Origin: Piromyces finnis finn
Lineage: Eukaryota; Fungi; Neocallimastigomycota
Direction: 5' to 3'
Length of the DNA stretch: 64,000 nt
Assembly: GCA_002104945.1 (NCBI GenBank)
Contig: MCFH01000001.1
Coordinates: 2,294,001 to 2,358,000, forward strand
Position 1 is the first letter of the stretch. Each line of letters begins with the position of its first letter. Below the pieces are notes generated by a model, which saw only the letters and a program-made list of their open reading frames with translations, was not told the DNA's origin and made no database searches. A program made the translations under genes and the position numbers. Positions 12,024-23,704 of this stretch are shown piece by piece.

Positions 12024-13958
12024 ATGAAATACTCTAAAATTGTTGAATTAATATTTACTTTATCATCAGTTTTTGCTGTTGAAGCTCAAAGTTTTTGTAG
12101 TAATGCTAAACACTCTGGTGAAAGTGTAAAGGTTACTAGTAACAAGGTCGGTTCTATTGGTGATATTGGTTATGAATTATGGGCTGACAGTGGTAACAAC
12201 AGTGCTACTTTCTACTCTGATGGTTCATTATCTTGTTCATTCCAAAATGCCAAGGATTACTTATGTCGTTCCGGTCTTTCCTTCGACAGTACTAAGACTC
12301 ACGACCAAATTGGTCACATGTACGCTGACTTCAAGCTTGTTAAGCAAAACATTCAAAATGTTGATTACTCTTACGTTGGTGTTTACGGTTGGAGTCGTGA
12401 TCCACTTGTTGAATACTACGTTGTTGATAACTGGCTCAGTCAATGGCGTCCAGGTGATTGGGTTGGTAACAAGAAGCATGGTGATTTCACTATTGATGGT
12501 GCTCAATACACTGTTTACGAAAACACTCGTTACGGTCCATCTATTGATGGTGATACTCAATTCAAGCAATTCTTCAGTATTCGTCAACAAGCTCGTGACT
12601 GTGGTACTATTGATATTACAGCTCACTTCCAACAATGGGAAAAGCTTGGTATGAAGCTTGGTAAGATGCATGAAGCTAAGGTTTTAGGAGAAGCTGGTAG
12701 CACTGGATCAGGTACTACTGGTACAGCTGATTTCCCATACGCTAAGGTTTACATTGAAGGAGCTAACAATAATTCTAACACTAACACTGGTAATAACAAC
12801 AACAATACTGGATCTTGCTCAGCTAAGATTACTAGCCAAGGTTACAAGTGCTGTTCTTCTAGTTGTGTCCCATCTTATACCGATGGTGATGGTGATTGGG
12901 CTATTGAAAATGGTGAATGGTGTGGATGTGGTAATGGTTCTGCTCAACAACCATCTACTGGTTCCTGCTCTGCCAATATTCTTGCTCAAGGTTACAAGTG
13001 CTGTTCTGCTGGTTGTCAAGTCATTTACACTGATAATGATGGTACCTGGGGTGCTGAAAATGGTGAATGGTGTGGATGTGGTGCTAGTTCATCAGCTACT
13101 CAACAACCATCTACTGGTTCCTGCTCTGCTAACATTCTTGCTCAAGGTTACAAGTGCTGTTCTGCCGGTTGTCAAGTCATTTACACTGATAATGATGGTA
13201 CCTGGGGTGCTGAAAATGGTGAATGGTGTGGTTGTGGTTCTTCTACCAATACCAACACTAACACTGGTAACAACAATCAAAGTACTACTACTACTACTTA
13301 CCCAAAGGGAACTGGATTCCAATTCTACACTCAATGTAAGAACAGAAACCATTGGGCTTTAACTTACGATGATGGACCAACTCAATATGCTGACAGTATC
13401 TTAGATCTCTTAAAGAAATACGATATTAAGGCTACTTTCTTCCTTGTTGGTAACATGTACATTAAATCTTATGATTCCGAATGGACTAGAATTGTTAAGA
13501 GAATGTACAATGAAGGTCACGTTGTTGCTTCTCACACTTACAGTCACGACGATTTAACTACTTTATCTTCTCAACAAATTACTGCTGATATGCAAAAACT
13601 TGAAGATGCAGTTTACAAGGCAGTTGGAGTTAAGCCAGCCTTCATGAGACCACCATATGGTTCTGGTAATGGTAACCAAAATGTTATGAATACTCTTAAG
13701 AACTTTGGTATTAATGCTGCTTGTAACTGGCATGTTGATCCAATGGATTGGGATAACGGAGGTAACATTAACTATGCTAAGCAAGTTCTTGGTAAGCTTA
13801 ATGGTGAAGGAGTTATTACCTTAAACCACTTACAATACAATGGAGCTACTGCTCAAGGTATTCTTGATTTATCTAAGGCTGAAATTGAATTAATGTTATC
13901 TAAGGGTTACAAGCCAGTTACTATGGAAGAATGTCTTGGTATGAGTGCTTACAAATAA
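12024..13958 (+). CDS. Secreted xylanase/deacetylase: signal peptide - GH11 - 3x dockerin - CE4 (subtype A), 644 aa
   Basis: Signal-like MKYSKIVELIFTLSSVFAVEA. GH11 has LVEYYVVDNW and KVLGEAG, followed by three six-Cys dockerins and a CE4 with all five motifs intact. Intronless. Confidence 0.95.
   Translation: MKYSKIVELIFTLSSVFAVEAQSFCSNAKHSGESVKVTSNKVGSIGDIGYELWADSGNNSATFYSDGSLSCSFQNAKDYLCRSGLSFDSTKTHDQIGHMYADFKLVKQNIQNVDYSYVGVYGWSRDPLVEYYVVDNWLSQWRPGDWVGNKKHGDFTIDGAQYTVYENTRYGPSIDGDTQFKQFFSIRQQARDCGTIDITAHFQQWEKLGMKLGKMHEAKVLGEAGSTGSGTTGTADFPYAKVYIEGANNNSNTNTGNNNNNTGSCSAKITSQGYKCCSSSCVPSYTDGDGDWAIENGEWCGCGNGSAQQPSTGSCSANILAQGYKCCSAGCQVIYTDNDGTWGAENGEWCGCGASSSATQQPSTGSCSANILAQGYKCCSAGCQVIYTDNDGTWGAENGEWCGCGSSTNTNTNTGNNNQSTTTTTYPKGTGFQFYTQCKNRNHWALTYDDGPTQYADSILDLLKKYDIKATFFLVGNMYIKSYDSEWTRIVKRMYNEGHVVASHTYSHDDLTTLSSQQITADMQKLEDAVYKAVGVKPAFMRPPYGSGNGNQNVMNTLKNFGINAACNWHVDPMDWDNGGNINYAKQVLGKLNGEGVITLNHLQYNGATAQGILDLSKAEIELMLSKGYKPVTMEECLGMSAYK
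12945..13238 (+). repeat. Near-identical tandem dockerin duplication (2 x 138 bp, period 156)
   Basis: 12945-13082 and 13101-13238 both encode QQPSTGSCSANILAQGYKCCSAGCQVIYTDNDGTWGAENGEWCGCG, with only a few synonymous differences. Confidence 0.92.
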
Positions 13959-14347
13959 ATAGATACAAGTTTTGAAAAAATAAAAAAGTCTTAAAATTGT
14001 TTTTAATATAGATAAAAAATTTAAAAATTAAAAAATGTTTAAAACTAAACAATAAAAAAAGAAAATAAATATTATATAATATTATGGATATATAACCATA
14101 AGATATTTAATATTTATTATTATTATAGATTTATTTTAATAAAAATATAAATTAATTTAGAAAAAGAATGTAAAATAAAATAAACAAAAAATAAATAAAA
14201 TTAAATTATAAAAATTTAAATATGAAGTAAAAAATTATTCTTAAATTTAGTGTAATAATAAAACCTTTATTTTAATTTTAATTAAAAAGAAAGTTTTAAA
14301 ATATTTACTACTGTTTATAATGAAAATTTTTATTTAATTGAAAACTT

Positions 14348-14651
14348 TGAAAGTGTTGGATTCTATCTGACACTTACGAATAAACACCATTTTTGAAGGA
14401 AATAGCAAAGATGATCTATAATATATCCTACCATTTGTAAGGGGGTAAAGCCTTACCCAGCAAATGGTATATTATAGATCCCCTTTTTTTAAAATTATTT
14501 TTTACATTTTACTCTTTCATTTAAGATTCATAATGAAATAATATATTACATAATAATATATACAAAAGAATAGTTGATATTTATGTACATGAAAGTGTTG
14601 GATTCTATCTGACACTTACGAATAAACACCATTTTTGAAGGAAATAGCAAA
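14348..14651 (+). repeat. Pair of identical 62-bp direct repeats
   Basis: TGAAAGTGTTGGATTCTATCTGACACTTACGAATAAACACCATTTTTGAAGGAAATAGCAAA at 14348-14409 and 14590-14651. Confidence 0.9.
14413..14480. other. 68-nt nested inverted repeat (hairpin)
   Basis: GATCTATAATA/TATTATAGATC (11 bp), TACCATTTG/CAAATGGTA (9 bp) and GGGTAA/TTACCC (6 bp) around an AGCC loop. Confidence 0.85.
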
Positions 14652-14721
14652 ACTTCTAACCAAAATCATGCCTTTTGTTATTAGTCGGCAATGATCAATA
14701 TTTAAAAGGTTTGAAGCAACA
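14651..14721 (+). mobile_element. ~70-bp LINE family 1 fragment
   Basis: AACTTCTAACCAAAATCATGCCTTTTGTTATT...AAAAGGTTTGAAGCAAC matches 4464-4532 and 6861-6930. Confidence 0.8.
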
Positions 14722-16692
14722 ACCTAATATTTTATATTTTATTTACAATTGATCTTGTTCTCCATATTCCTTTCATAACTCTGTATTATTTTCGGACTGA
14801 AGAATATTTAATAAGAAATTTATAAAAAATAATATTAAAGATATATTCGTTATTACTTAACATAATCTAATTTAAATAAATAAATAACAAAGAAAAGAAT
14901 GTAATCTTATATTTATTTATTTAAATTAAATTATGTTAAGATGTGTATTCTTTTCTTTGTTTAAAGGGATATAGGTAGGCAATAGATATTTTTAATTTTT
15001 AATTTAAATAATTAGTACATTAAATAAATTATTTAATGAAAGCTATAATAATACATAATACATCAACGCATACATTTTTTTTTTTTGGAAAGAAGATTTA
15101 ACAACTACATTTTAAGAGGATGAGATCTTTAAAAGTGTCAGGTGTTGATTAAGGATATATATATCTTTGACACCTCGAAACCTTCTATCAAAATTATGTT
15201 ATTGATCAATAATAATGATAATAATTTTGTCTACTGATAAAATCTAATCTTTAACTTTTAGTTTAAATGGAAGTCAAGAAAAAAAAAAAGATTGTAATTT
15301 GCCTTTTCTTTGAATTAATATTTTTTAAAATACATTAAACCTATATTTTTTAAATATTTAATTAAATTTATATGAATTTTTATTTTTTAATAATATATAT
15401 ATGTGTCGAATTTTAATTAATATTTTCAATATTATACATTAGTATTTAAATAATAAATCAACAAAATTTCCTAAAAAACATTTTTAAAATATTCATATAA
15501 TAATGAAATTTTTTTACATTTTTTATTTAATATACATTTTCTTATTATTTTCAACAGTAATTGTCAATCACATAATATTAGAGAGATATAATTGTATAAT
15601 TCAAATTAATAAAAAAAACATTAATATTTTTTTTCTAATAGCTTTTAATTAAAAAAAAAAATATTTTTTTAATAAATACAGGTGAAAGTCTCATTTCTAA
15701 AAAAAAAAAAAAAAAATTTATATATAAAAAAAATTGATTATTATAAAAATATAATTAAATGAAAGGAGAATAAAAATTATTGATAGTGTTACAATACAAA
15801 AGTTCTGTAATTTATGTTTAATAATATAAAACTTTTTAATACCAAAATTTGAATTATACATTGAAATATAGCATAAAACATTAAATATTAAAATAATTTT
15901 ATATATAAATAAATTAATTAAAGGCATAATAATAAGATTGCAGATCATTCTTATTTAACAAACTTTTTTCTTTTGTATAAAAATATGGTAATGTTTATTT
16001 TAATTTATTTTATATATGAATAAATATAAGAATTAATATAATTAAATTTACAATAGAAAGAGATAATTTCCATGAATTTAATTTGATGTAGATCATAATC
16101 ATAATAAAAAACTAATATATATTATCCAATAATAATATAAAACCTTAATTATTAATTTATTATTATAAAATAAAAATAAATATTTTATAAAGAAAAAATT
16201 TTAATAATATTTTATAATAATAATATAAAATATATAAAATTAATATTTAATTTTCTTTATATTTATCTAAAGTTTATTATAAGATTAATTATAACTACTT
16301 TAACACTATGTGAATGTGGAGAAAGAAAAAGTAATAATTATCTAACTCTTATTTTTAAAAATCATCCCTTACATATAAGAGATTTTGTTTTATTTTTTTT
16401 TGTATTCTCAAACCTCAAACAACTTCAAACAACTAAAAGTTTGTTATTTTAATATTTTTCAACATATTATTATTGCGGCTTTATTTTAATAAAAATTTAA
16501 AATATTAATATAATTTATATATATATAAAGAAAAAAGTATAAATTAATAAAAATATCAATAATTTTAAATTTTTACCTATTTTTCAAAAATTATTAGTTA
16601 TAATTTTGTAATTATTAGACAAGGTTATTTATTATATCTATAAATTATAAACTTTGTAATTAATTAATTTTGAAGAAATATTTTTATCAAAA

Positions 16693-19600
16693 ATGAAATC
16701 TTTAAAAATAATACAGTTGATATTAGGTGCAGTAGCACCATATGTTAGTGCCCAAAGTTTTTGTAGTGGAGCTAGTCATAGTGGACAAAGTGTAAAAGAA
16801 ACTAGTAATAAGGTTGGTTCCATTAGTGGAATTGGTTATGAATTATGGGCTGATAGTGGTAATAATAGTGCTACTTTCTATTCCGATGGTTCATTCTCTT
16901 GTTCATTCCAAAATGCTAAGGATTATTTATGTCGTTCAGGTCTTTCCTTCGACAGTACTAAGACTCATGACCAAATTGGTCACATGTACGCTGATTTCAA
17001 GCTTGTTAAGCAAAACATTCAAAATGTTGACTATTCCTATGTTGGTATTTACGGTTGGACCAGAAGTCCATTAGTTGAATTCTATGTTGTTGATAACTGG
17101 CTCAGTCAATACCGTCCAGGTGATTGGGTTGGTAACAAGAAGCATGGTGACTACACTATTGATGGTGCTCAATATACTGTTTTTGAAAATGATCGTTTTG
17201 GACCATCTATTGATGGTGATACTCAATTCAAGCAATATTTCAGTATTCGTCAACAAGCTCGTGACTGTGGTACTATTGATATTACAGCTCACTTCCAACA
17301 ATGGGAAAAGCTTGGTATGAAGCTTGGTAAGATGCATGAAGCTAAGGTTTTAGGAGAAGCTGGTAGTAATGGTGCTGGTACTAGCGGTACAGCTGATTTC
17401 CCATATGCTAAGGTTTACATTGGTCAAGGTAATGGTGGTGGCAATAGTAATAATGTTGGTAATAATGGAGGAAACGATGTTGCAGGAAACAATTTTGGTG
17501 ATATAGCCCAAAATAATAATAATAACAATGGATGGGATTTCGGTAATTGGAATTTCGGTAATAATAATGGATGGGACTTTGGTGGCAATAACAACAATAA
17601 TAACAATGGATGGGACTTTGGTGGTAATAATAACAATAATAACAATGGATGGGACTTTGGTGGTAATAATAACAATAACAACAACGGATGGGATTTCGGT
17701 AATTGGAATTTCGGTAATAATAATAACAACAACAATAACAACAACAATAACGGATGGGATTTCGGTAATTGGAATTTCGGTAATAATAACAACAACAACA
17801 ATAACAACAATAATAACGGATGGGATTTCGGTAATTGGAATTTCGGTAATAATGATAATAGTAACAACAACAACAATAACAATAACGGATGGGATTTCGG
17901 TAATTGGAACAATAACGCAGATAACAACAATAATAATAGCAATAATAATGTTGGTTCAAATGAATCCTGTTCTTCAAAAATTACTAAGCAAGGATATAAA
18001 TGTTGTTCAAAGGGATGTGAAATTTATTATGTTGATGCTGATGGCGATTGGGGTTTTGAAAGTGGTGATTGGTGTGGATGTGGAAACAGAGTTACATCAT
18101 CAGTTTCTGGAAGTTGCCCATCAAAAATTACTAGTCAAGGATACAAATGCTGTAAGGATAATTGTATTATATATTATACTGATGCAGATGGTGATTGGGG
18201 TGTTGAAAATAATGAATGGTGTGGATGTGGTGGAGGTTCTCCAACAAGTAACAACAATTCTAACAACAATTCTAACAACAATTCTAACAACAATTCTAAC
18301 AATAATTCCAACAATAATTCCAACAACAATTTTAACAACAACTCCAATAACAATTCAAACAACTCTAATAACAATTCCAATAATAATTCTAATTCAAACA
18401 ATAATTCTGGAAATACAAATTTCTGTAGTGGAGCTAGTCATAGTGGACAAAGTGTAAAAGAAACTAGTAATAAGGTTGGTTCTATTGGTGGAATTGGTTA
18501 TGAATTATGGGCTGATAGTGGTAATAATAGTGCTACTTTCTATTCCGATGGTTCATTCTCTTGTTCATTCCAAAATGCTAAGGATTATTTATGTCGTTCA
18601 GGTCTTTCCTTCGACAGTACTAAGACTCATGACCAAATTGGTCACATGTACGCTGATTTCAAGCTTGTTAAGCAAAACATTCAAAATGTTGACTATTCCT
18701 ATGTTGGTATTTACGGTTGGACCAGAAACCCACTTGTTGAATTCTACGTTGTTGATAACTGGCTCAGTCAATACCGTCCAGGTGATTGGGTTGGTAACAA
18801 GAAGCATGGTGATTTCATTATTGATGGTGCTAAGTACACTGTTTACGAAAACACTCGTTACGGTCCATCTATTGATGGTGATACTCAATTCAAGCAATAC
18901 TTCAGTATTCGTCAACAAGCTCGTGACTGTGGTACTATTGATATTACAGCTCACTTCCAACAATGGGAAAAGCTTGGTATGAAGCTTGGTAAGATGCATG
19001 AAGCTAAGGTTTTAGGAGAAGCTGGTAGTAATGGTGCTGGTACTAGCGGTACAGCTGATTTCCCATATGCTAAGGTTTACATTGGTCAAGGAAATGGTGG
19101 TGGTGGTAATGGTAATGCTGCACCAGTAACTAATACTAACAACAATGCTAATAATAATGCCAATAACAACAACGCATGGGATTTTGGTGGTAATGGCTGG
19201 AACTTTGATTGGAATAACTGGAATGCTGGTAATAACAATAACAATAACAATAACGGATGGAATTTCGGAAATAACAACAACAACAATGGTTGGAATATTG
19301 GTGGTAATACTTTTGATAATACCGCAACAAACACTAATATTAACAATAATATCAATTCTAGTTACCCAAAGGGTTCTGGTTTTAAATTCTACACTCAATG
19401 TCAAAAGCCAATGAACTGGGCTTTAACTTATGATGATGGACCAACCGAATTTGCTGATGCTATTTTAGATCTTTTAAAGGAAAAGGGTATTAAGGCTACA
19501 TTCTTTATTGTTGGACATATGTATATGGATAACAATAGTCCAGATTGGTCTAGAATTATAAAGAGAATGTACAATGAAGGACATGTTGTTGGCAATCATA

Positions 19601-20022
19601 CTTATGATCATCAAGATTTGACAGGACTTTCAGCTGATCAAATTAAGAATCAAATGAAGCAAGTTGAAGATCGTATTTTCCAAGCTATTGGTAAGAGACC
19701 AGCGTTTATGCGTCCACCATATGGTTCTGGATCAGGAAATCAAAATGTTATGAATGCACTTCAATCAGCAGGTTACACAGCCGCAGTTAATTGGAATGTT
19801 GATCCAATGGATTACAGTAATGGAGGAGATATTAATTATGCTAAGCAAGTTATTAATCAAGCTAAGGGTCAACCAATCATTACATTAAATCACTTAAAAT
19901 ATGATGGAGCTACTAAAGAAGGTATTTTAGCTTTAGCTAAAGCAGAAATTGATACAATGTTAGCTAATGGTTATACTCCAGTTACTATGGAAGAATGTTT
20001 AGGAATAAGCGCTTACCAATAG
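16693..20022 (+). CDS. Secreted xylanase/deacetylase: signal - GH11 - Asn/Trp-rich repeats - 2x dockerin - Asn linker - GH11 - Asn/Trp linker - CE4 (subtype B), 1109 aa
   Basis: Two GH11 domains, each with both catalytic Glu, and two dockerins. CE4 has TYDDGP, HTYDH, RPPYG, DPMDY and LNH. Intronless. Confidence 0.95.
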   Translation: MKSLKIIQLILGAVAPYVSAQSFCSGASHSGQSVKETSNKVGSISGIGYELWADSGNNSATFYSDGSFSCSFQNAKDYLCRSGLSFDSTKTHDQIGHMYADFKLVKQNIQNVDYSYVGIYGWTRSPLVEFYVVDNWLSQYRPGDWVGNKKHGDYTIDGAQYTVFENDRFGPSIDGDTQFKQYFSIRQQARDCGTIDITAHFQQWEKLGMKLGKMHEAKVLGEAGSNGAGTSGTADFPYAKVYIGQGNGGGNSNNVGNNGGNDVAGNNFGDIAQNNNNNNGWDFGNWNFGNNNGWDFGGNNNNNNNGWDFGGNNNNNNNGWDFGGNNNNNNNGWDFGNWNFGNNNNNNNNNNNNGWDFGNWNFGNNNNNNNNNNNNGWDFGNWNFGNNDNSNNNNNNNNGWDFGNWNNNADNNNNNSNNNVGSNESCSSKITKQGYKCCSKGCEIYYVDADGDWGFESGDWCGCGNRVTSSVSGSCPSKITSQGYKCCKDNCIIYYTDADGDWGVENNEWCGCGGGSPTSNNNSNNNSNNNSNNNSNNNSNNNSNNNFNNNSNNNSNNSNNNSNNNSNSNNNSGNTNFCSGASHSGQSVKETSNKVGSIGGIGYELWADSGNNSATFYSDGSFSCSFQNAKDYLCRSGLSFDSTKTHDQIGHMYADFKLVKQNIQNVDYSYVGIYGWTRNPLVEFYVVDNWLSQYRPGDWVGNKKHGDFIIDGAKYTVYENTRYGPSIDGDTQFKQYFSIRQQARDCGTIDITAHFQQWEKLGMKLGKMHEAKVLGEAGSNGAGTSGTADFPYAKVYIGQGNGGGGNGNAAPVTNTNNNANNNANNNNAWDFGGNGWNFDWNNWNAGNNNNNNNNGWNFGNNNNNNGWNIGGNTFDNTATNTNINNNINSSYPKGSGFKFYTQCQKPMNWALTYDDGPTEFADAILDLLKEKGIKATFFIVGHMYMDNNSPDWSRIIKRMYNEGHVVGNHTYDHQDLTGLSADQIKNQMKQVEDRIFQAIGKRPAFMRPPYGSGSGNQNVMNALQSAGYTAAVNWNVDPMDYSNGGDINYAKQVINQAKGQPIITLNHLKYDGATKEGILALAKAEIDTMLANGYTPVTMEECLGISAYQ

Positions 20023-22774
20023 ATAAATTAGAATTAATTATAGATATTTATTAATTAATATATTATAAATGAAAATTAGAGTATATTATTTTGAGCAATA
20101 TTATGTATTATAATACATATAATGTATTATTTTTTTTTAAAGTAGAAACATATTAAATCATATTATTATTATATTAAATAAATTTATATTAATATTTATT
20201 TTTATTTAATTAAAAAGTAATTTTTTTTTTCGTCTGTGTAATTTTTTTTTTTTTTACATATTATTGTTGTTATTGATAATATTATTTCTATATACTAAAA
20301 TAGTAATTTATTTATTTTATTCCTTTTTTTATTAAGGAGTCTTTTTTTTTTTTTTTTAAAATAATAATTGTTAAAAATTTAATATAAACAATAGATAATA
20401 ATAATAATAATAATTTCTTTTATCTAAATTTACTATATTCATTTTTTTAAAAGGATTAAAACTATATAATTTATATATAGTATATTAGCATATTATGTAT
20501 ATAAAGCATCATATATATATTAAATATATTTTACTTTATATTATATAAAAATTTTTTTTTCTTTTATTTTGATTTTTGTGTAACACTGTGTAATAATAAT
20601 ATTTAAATTTGGATTTTTTAAAAGCTTTATTAAAAAAATGTTATATTTTAGAGTTTAATTATATGAAAATGTATGAAACATAAATGAATTTCAAGGTATA
20701 AATTATAAAAGTATTTATTATTACTGATTAATAATTAAGAAAAAAAGATAAATCTATATTATTATGGTATAATATAAACAAAAACTCATAAATTTAAGAG
20801 AATAATGTTATATGTTTATATAACATTATAAAAATGATACTACAAAGATTAATTTTTTAATATACTAGAAATAGTAATTTGAGTTTTTCATGAATATTAC
20901 ACAAAAAAAATATTTAATGTATTTTGTATTTTATATTTACAAAATTTTCATTTATTATATTATAATTATTTTAAATATGATTATTTAAATGAAATAATAA
21001 ATAAACCGTTATTTGTATTTCATACGTTGAATGTTAATTTATATAAAAACTATAAAAAAGTAATTTCAGAATTTTTAAATATTAATTTATTTTTAATAAA
21101 AATTGTACACCATTTCTAACAATATTTAATTATAAACATTTTTGTATAATAATTAAAATTTTATAATTAAAAGAGGATAAAATTTTAAAAATATATATTT
21201 ACTTATTTTTTAGCTATGAAAAGTAAGTAGATATTAGCTTATTTTTCTAAATTCAGATAGTGTATTAATGAATAAATGAAAATATATAATCAAGTAACCA
21301 ATTAAGAGTTTATATGTTATTTATGAATGATTTATTAATTTATTTATGAAAACTTATGATAAACGGTGCGAAAATTTTTAATTATAATCATAAATTCTCC
21401 AACTATGTTCATATTTTAACTTATATTTTACATTTTTATATATTATTTTTTATTTTTTTTTTAAATTATAAAGCAATATATATTATATATTTGTAATGTT
21501 TAAATTATTAGAATATAAAAGTATTGTAATATTTCTTCTCTACTTTATATATAAAGGTTTTTCCATAATAAATATTTATATTAAAAAAAATGACTATAAT
21601 TAATGAATAAAAAAAATTTAACTATGGAAAATTTATTATTATGTTTTTAATATTAATACTATTAAATAAAGACATTTTACAATAATAAAAACTTTTATAT
21701 CGTTCCAGACCTCATTTTAATATTTGAAATTTGAAACAAAATGTAGATCCTCAAAAAAATTAAAAAGTTAAATATATATAAAAAGTTTAATTATTAATTT
21801 TTTTAATTTATCATCAAGACATATTATTAAACAGGAAAAAAAAATGTTATTAATAAAAAAGAAATGTAATAAATATAAATATATAAATTAGAAGCTTTTA
21901 TTATTAATACATTATGAATATTATAGATTAATATCCATAATAATTATATTGAATTTTATAATGCTCATATTTTTTATTCCACATAGTTAACTACTTCTAA
22001 TGTTATTGTATGATGGATTTTACTGCTTTAGTAATAAAAATTAATTTTTATTATTAAATATTGAAAATTTATATATTAACCATTTATTTAGTAAATTTAT
22101 TTAATATATTTAAAGTTTAAATTAAACGTGAAAATTTTTTAATTTATTTCTATTTACAAATACTATTTGTTTAAGGTTTATTAATAGTTAAAATTATTAA
22201 TATGTTTCAATTCATTCTAAAAAGCTTTTTAATTTTAATTAATAATAAATATATTATTCAATTATCAATTTTTCATTATTAGTTAATTATTAATTATATA
22301 TATTATAATAAAACATAATATTATTTTTACATAAGTATAATTTATTAACTTATTGTAAATTGATAATAGCTATAATAATCTAATTCCTTTTTGTTGATGC
22401 TTTTTTTTTTCCTTGTAAAAATATTCGAAACCTTATTTAAATTAGAAATTTTGAATTTAAAATACAGTTTTTCGAGGTTTAATATATTATTTAATAAATC
22501 ATAAAACGTAAATCATTTTTATATAATAATTTAAATTATCCATATATTAAAATATTAGTATTATTGATAGTATTAATATATAAGCAGTGAAGCAAACTTT
22601 TTTAATATAATAATTAAAACATATAAAAGAAACATATTTTGCTTTAAAATTTTTTTTTTTCATATTTCAAAAATCTGTAATATAAATATATTTAATTTTA
22701 GTTATTAATTGAATAAAAAGTAGGTGAATTAAATAGTATATAATAAATTTTTGATTTAATACTTTATATCAAAA

Positions 22775-23667
22775 ATGAAATCTTCAAAAATTTCACAGTT
22801 AATATTTACTTTAGCAGCTTCTTATGTTGCTAATGCCCAAAGTTTTTGTAGTTCAGCAAAGCATTCTGGTACAAGTGTAACCGAATACAGTAATAAAGTT
22901 GGTTCCATTAGTGGAATTGGTTACGAATTATGGGCTGATAGTGGTAGTAACAGTGCTACTTTCTATTCTGACGGTTCATTCTCTTGTTCTTTCAGAAGTG
23001 CTAAGGACTATTTATGTCGTTCAGGTCTTTCTTTTGACAGTACTAAGACTCATGACCAAATTGGTCACATTTACGCTGATTTTAAACTTGTTAAGCAAAA
23101 CATTCAAAATGTTGACTATTCCTATGTTGGTATTTACGGTTGGACCAGAAATCCACTTGTTGAATTCTACGTTGTTGATAACTGGCTCAGTCAATACCGT
23201 CCAGGTGATTGGGTTGGTAACAAGAAGCATGGTGATTTCACTATTGATGGTGCTAAGTACACTGTTTACGAAAACACTCGTTACGGTCCATCTATTGATG
23301 GTGATACTCAATTCAAGCAATACTTCAGTATTCGTCAACAAGCTCGTGACTGTGGTACTATTGATATTACAGCTCACTTCCAACAATGGGAAAAGCTTGG
23401 TATGAAGCTTGGTAAGATGCATGAAGCTAAGGTTTTAGGAGAAGCTGGTAGTAATGGTGCTGGTACTAGCGGTACAGCTGATTTCCCATATGCTAAGGTT
23501 TACATTGGTCAAGGTAACGGTAATACAAATACTGGCAACACCAACACCAATACTAATACTAACAATGGAAATAACTACAATAACAATAATGTTCCTCAAA
23601 ATAATAATCAAAATAATAATTGGGGATTTGGATGGAGTGATTTTGATTGGGGTTGGATGTTTGGAGG

Positions 23668-23704
<37 letters not shown>

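Noticed and set aside
14348-14651. CRISPR-like repeat-spacer-repeat
   Set aside because: Only two repeats, 62 bp long with a 180-bp interval, no cas genes, eukaryotic context.
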